Assembly (NCBI GenBank): GCA_905178155.1
Contig: CAJINV010000001.1
Location: forward strand, 9,321,865-9,385,864
Origin: Amoebophrya sp. A120
Taxonomy: Eukaryota; Protista; Dinoflagellata
DNA length: 64,000 nt
Reading direction: 5' to 3'
Shown: positions 59,908-64,000 of the stretch, piece by piece
Layout: each line of letters opens with the position of its first letter
Position numbering within the stretch: the first letter of the stretch is position 1
Program-made: the position numbers and the translations under genes
The notes under the pieces: model-generated
What the model was told of the DNA's origin: nothing
The model's database searches: none
What the model saw: only the letters and a program-made list of their open reading frames with translations

Positions 59908-60881
59908 AACAGCAAGAAAGAAGGGAAGGCGAAGGCTTGAACAAGATGTTCTTGCCCTTACTCCTGCGTTCAAGATTCGGCTGCTTCCCTAGCGGAGCTG
60001 GACCTGTAGGAGCGGCAAGAACCACTTTACTGTCGTCTTGGCAGAGGACATTGCTTCACCGGAGCCCAGTGCATAGCTGCTTTTGCAGTCTGCACAATGA
60101 GCAGCACGGACTGGGATTGGGAACAACAGCCTCTGGACTGTTCGGTCTGGGGACAATGCTTAGTGCGACCAAATGGTCCCCAACACCGCATGCAGCCTGT
60201 TGCTACCTTAACTTAGTGGCCTTGATTCGGAATTGTGCCATTGTTTTCATGAACAAGACGAACAAGCTTGTACGCAGGAAAAAGCGAAAGCGCATGGGAG
60301 AACGCGTCAGTTTACGTTACAGGTAGTATTGCAACGCGGCACCTTGACGTCACACTCAGCAAGCTGATGAAGCACACAACTGCACCACACAGGCGCGTGG
60401 CAGCTGTATACAGTGCTTCTAGTTGTACGTTTTTTTGATAAGAATACATAAATTCGAAGCTCATCATGTGTTTGAGTGCCGGAGTGATTGTGAATGGAGG
60501 TTGCGTCTAGTATTTCCCTTTTTCGCTGGTTCGATGAAGTTGAAGGCAGCTCCTCGGATCTCGTCGTTTGTTGCGGATCGTGTCGTTGTTTCGCAAGATT
60601 GAAATTGATTGCATAACATCCGAATCGTATAAGAAGTATGTTGCACATCCACCACCTTTCATCTTGTCGCTTCGTAGGTGGAGGAAGTAGAATGTAACGC
60701 TCAGCATTTAGGAGTCGTTAGAAATCACGTCCCGTAATAAAACCAGAGTCAGGCGACGCAGGATCTTTTTTTAATTTAGCATTCGTATCACATCAATTCC
60801 TCTAGTACTTCGGGAAGTACACGTTCTCGCAGTCGCGTACCCGGAGACCCGTCGTCTCTGCTTGTCTCCCGGATCTCCACC

Positions 60882-63872
60882 ATGACGGACCTTTTCGGTG
60901 CCGCAGAGCTCGGGTTTTATCGGCGTGTATTCGACTCCGCGGAACTGGAGCCCGACGGTCAATTTCTTGGCGGAGTAAAGGGCGCCGAGTTGCTGGCGAA
61001 ATCAAGTACAGTTTTTGATGTATGCGCACGCCTTTGGTGTTGAGGGCGCCAAGAACGCCCACTACGTGGAGATAAGTACGAGCATGCAGTAATTCCTGGC
61101 TGCAAACATCATTTACAAGGACTTCACTCAAGGCTCTTGTCGGCCTATGTCAGCCTCTCCAAAAAAAAAAGAATGCATACACAATCCTCAGATCTCCCGC
61201 GCAAGACCCTGCACGAAATCTGGAACATAGCAGATGCGCGCAACGAGGGAAAGCTCGATTTTGCAGCATTCAGCGTCGCCTGTCGACTGGCTGCGCACGC
61301 GCAGCAGGGTGCCGCGATTTCGGATGACCTGGTGGAAAAGGAGCCGGCTGCTCCACTGCAGCTCAGTTCGAGTGGGCGAGCGACGCCGAGCACCTCGCCC
61401 CGCGTCGTGACGCCGACTGGCGCTGCGTCTTCCTCCTCCACCGCGCCGTCACAGGTACAATTGCCCCTCTGGCGAGGGCTCTGTGGCAAGTTTTGGCTTC
61501 TGCTAATGCTGCATCGCCCTATACCGGTAAAACTAAAAGTGTATGTGTAACATGATGAACATGTTGAGTACGTGGTAAGTGCTGGTATACAATAGCAGGT
61601 AGACTGGCGTCCCACGGATGGTGAACTGCAGCAATACCTCCAAGTGTTCCGCAGTGTGCAGCTAGAGCACACGCCCAGCCCGCCCCCCGGCTACGTGGAG
61701 AAGTGCGAAGCGACGCGGAGACTGTTCGCGAAAGCAGGGTTGTCCGCGGCGGAGTTCACGACGCTGTGGACCCTGGCGGACGTGGACGCCGACGGCCGGC
61801 TCTCCGTCAAGGAATTTTGCGTCGCCATGAACCTCGTGACCAAGTGCCAGAAACTCGGGCTGCCGCTCCCCACTTCCATCCCCGTCGATGCGAGCAACTT
61901 CAGTCTTCCCGCCTTTTCCCCGGTCCCTGTACCAGCCTCCGCTGTTGTCTCCGGGACCGGCGCAGCGTCGGCCTCGTCCGCCGTTGCACACGGGACCGCC
62001 GCGGAAACGGCAAGTGGCAACGGACCGCCCGTCACCCTGCCACTTGTGCCGCCGAACGGAGTGAATATCGGCGGTGCATCTTCGAGCACCAGCAAAATGG
62101 TCTCAACCGGGCCGCCAGGAGTCAATGGCGCTGCGGGAGAACCAGGGGCCACTGGGGAAGGCGGGAACCCGAGTGATCCGAGCGGCGCTTCCGCAGACGG
62201 AACAAGCAATGTGACGGGAGGTAATGCACCTTTTTCTCGATGTGGATTTTCCCTTGCGTACTCCCCTGTAGGTAACCTAACTCGTTGGACATAAGTACGG
62301 TCAAACTACAAAGGATTTTTTGAGATACATATTGAACATGTGAAAAGATCCGTTGTTGGATTCTGTTCCAATTCGATTGCGAATGCAGTGATATGTGAAC
62401 CGCAAACAACAATAGGTGGCATGCTCACTCGTGCATGGCGCGCGGAAGCTAAGATAGGCAATCAGGAGCTGAGTCCGGCGGAAATCGAGTTTCTCGAGGA
62501 GCGAGCCAATCTAGAACTGCAGATGCGCAGAAAGCGGGATTTCGAGCGGGCCATCTTGCGTCTCCGGCACCAGATCGAAGATTTGCAGGTACTTGCCGTG
62601 TAGTTTTTACTTACATCTATACTGAAAGTAAAAGTAGTTTTGCAGCTTTCGCGAGAGCAGGTCGAGACGCCGTAAAGATGTCCACACTCGAATTCTACAC
62701 AACGGAAACGATGACTGCAAACACGTCGACCAGGGAACAAACCATGCAAATGAAAATTCCAGGCGCATCAAAGCATCAAGGATGTCGAGCGTGCAAAGAT
62801 GGCGAGCCGGCTGGATGAGGTCGAGGCGAGCCACGAGTTCCTCCGCGGCCAAGTTGAACAGGTGGAAAACGACCTTCTGCTGATCGCCGAGTTGCACCCG
62901 AATCGAGCAACCGCGCAAGTGGACCCGGTCCTGCAGGAAAGCAGCGGAAACTTCGAAGAATTCCGCTCCAAAGCCCTACAAACCGTGCGACTGGACAGGT
63001 ATGCGCGGAAGATGGATTTGTTTTTGAAAAGGATTAGGATATAGGAATTGAGAGGAGGGTATGTAGCCGTTTTGATAGTAGAGGACTAGCTGCGCCGACG
63101 CCGTACTAGCCTGAATTTTTTGTTCGAAGTTCGTTCTAGTATACTGATCCAGCTGTTGCAATCCCAATCCCTATGTATTGCAATACTGTTCGATGTTAAG
63201 ATCACTGGACTGTGATAGCCATTCCCATTACCTAAATTTCATTGATCGTACAGGGAGATGGCCAGAATAGACAACGAGAAGCTGGAGGAGCTGCGCGTGA
63301 AGCTGAAGGCCATGGACCGCGAGAAGAAAGCTCTTTCCCAGAAAAACGCCATCCTGCTCGAAAAGTTCCGCCAGATCGAACAGGATCGGAGTTTGCTCAT
63401 GGCGAGTAGCATTTATTCCAACTTTTCGCTTGTAAATGCGTTCTACTTTTTTCGTACGGTACTACAAAAGGAGGAACATAAGTATCTCCAAAAAAGATGT
63501 TGTAGTAGTTCAAGTGATCTGATGAAGTGATCTGATGCACGTGATTCTGAATTTAAACAAGAAAATCCGACCAAAACAACAGACGTCGATACCGAGCGCT
63601 CCAAACTTTTGCTACTGCGGGAAGAGCGGCTGAAGCTGCTCACCGAGCGGTGTCAGCTCAAAGCACAAGAAGCAAGGTTGGGCCAGGAACTCGCGAGTAA
63701 ACCCACGTACCTGCAGAACACGAGGCCGCAGAACGATTTGATGTCGTTCAGCTCGCTGGAAATGCCGCCATCGAAGCAATGGCAGGCTTTTGGAAGCACC
63801 GCAGAGCCAGCAAACACCGACTGGACTTCGAACTTCAACGGGCCGACAAAGTGGGAGTCGTTCAAGAACTGA
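60882..63872 (+). CDS. Eps15/intersectin-like EH-domain endocytic protein (2 EH domains + coiled coil), 7 exons
   Basis: LAKSNLPRKTLHEIWNIADARNEGKLDFAAFSVACRL and LWTLADVDADGRLSVKEFCVAMNL. Six GT-AG introns (61006-61191, 61455-61598, 62221-62415, 62589-62762, 62999-63253, 63406-63582) give an open frame. Confidence 0.88.
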
Positions 63873-64000
63873 GAAAAGTACATTATGCCGTATGCGCCGA
63901 GGACCCGAAAGACTTATAGTGAAGAGGAACTGGTGGGATGGCGCAGTCCCATGGCTTTTAGAACTTCAGATAGAACATCAGAAGAGCCGCAATCCTTGCT

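Overview
Eukaryotic, gene-dense genomic DNA. About 14 protein genes lie almost all on the + strand. The co-orientation, long low-complexity proteins and many non-GT-AG introns suggest a dinoflagellate/Syndiniales genome of the Amoebophrya type (inference). Recognisable genes: a giant putative-Ig (He_PIG) repeat protein, a TatD/TATDN1 nuclease, aminoacylase-1 (M20), a CCCH zinc-finger protein, the splicing factor YJU2/CCDC94 and an Eps15-like EH-domain protein. Main signal: about 14 reading-frame interruptions are MITE-like elements of 140-940 bp. They have terminal inverted repeats, mostly TAT...ATA ends and a 5-bp target-site duplication (TSD). Removing the element plus one TSD copy restores the reading frame, including conserved TatD and ACY1 motifs, usually without an AG acceptor. 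Elements with unrelated TIRs share an internal TTTGTCATGC motif. Most junctions fit an 'intron starts with G, next exon starts with G' register. Also present: a 2.9-kb TTAA-flanked TIR element packed with three satellites, a 1.1-kb TIR element, a 99-bp-arm foldback nested in an intron of a small gene missed by the ORF track, and assembly gaps/artefacts. All splice models were derived by hand from DNA and need RNA confirmation.
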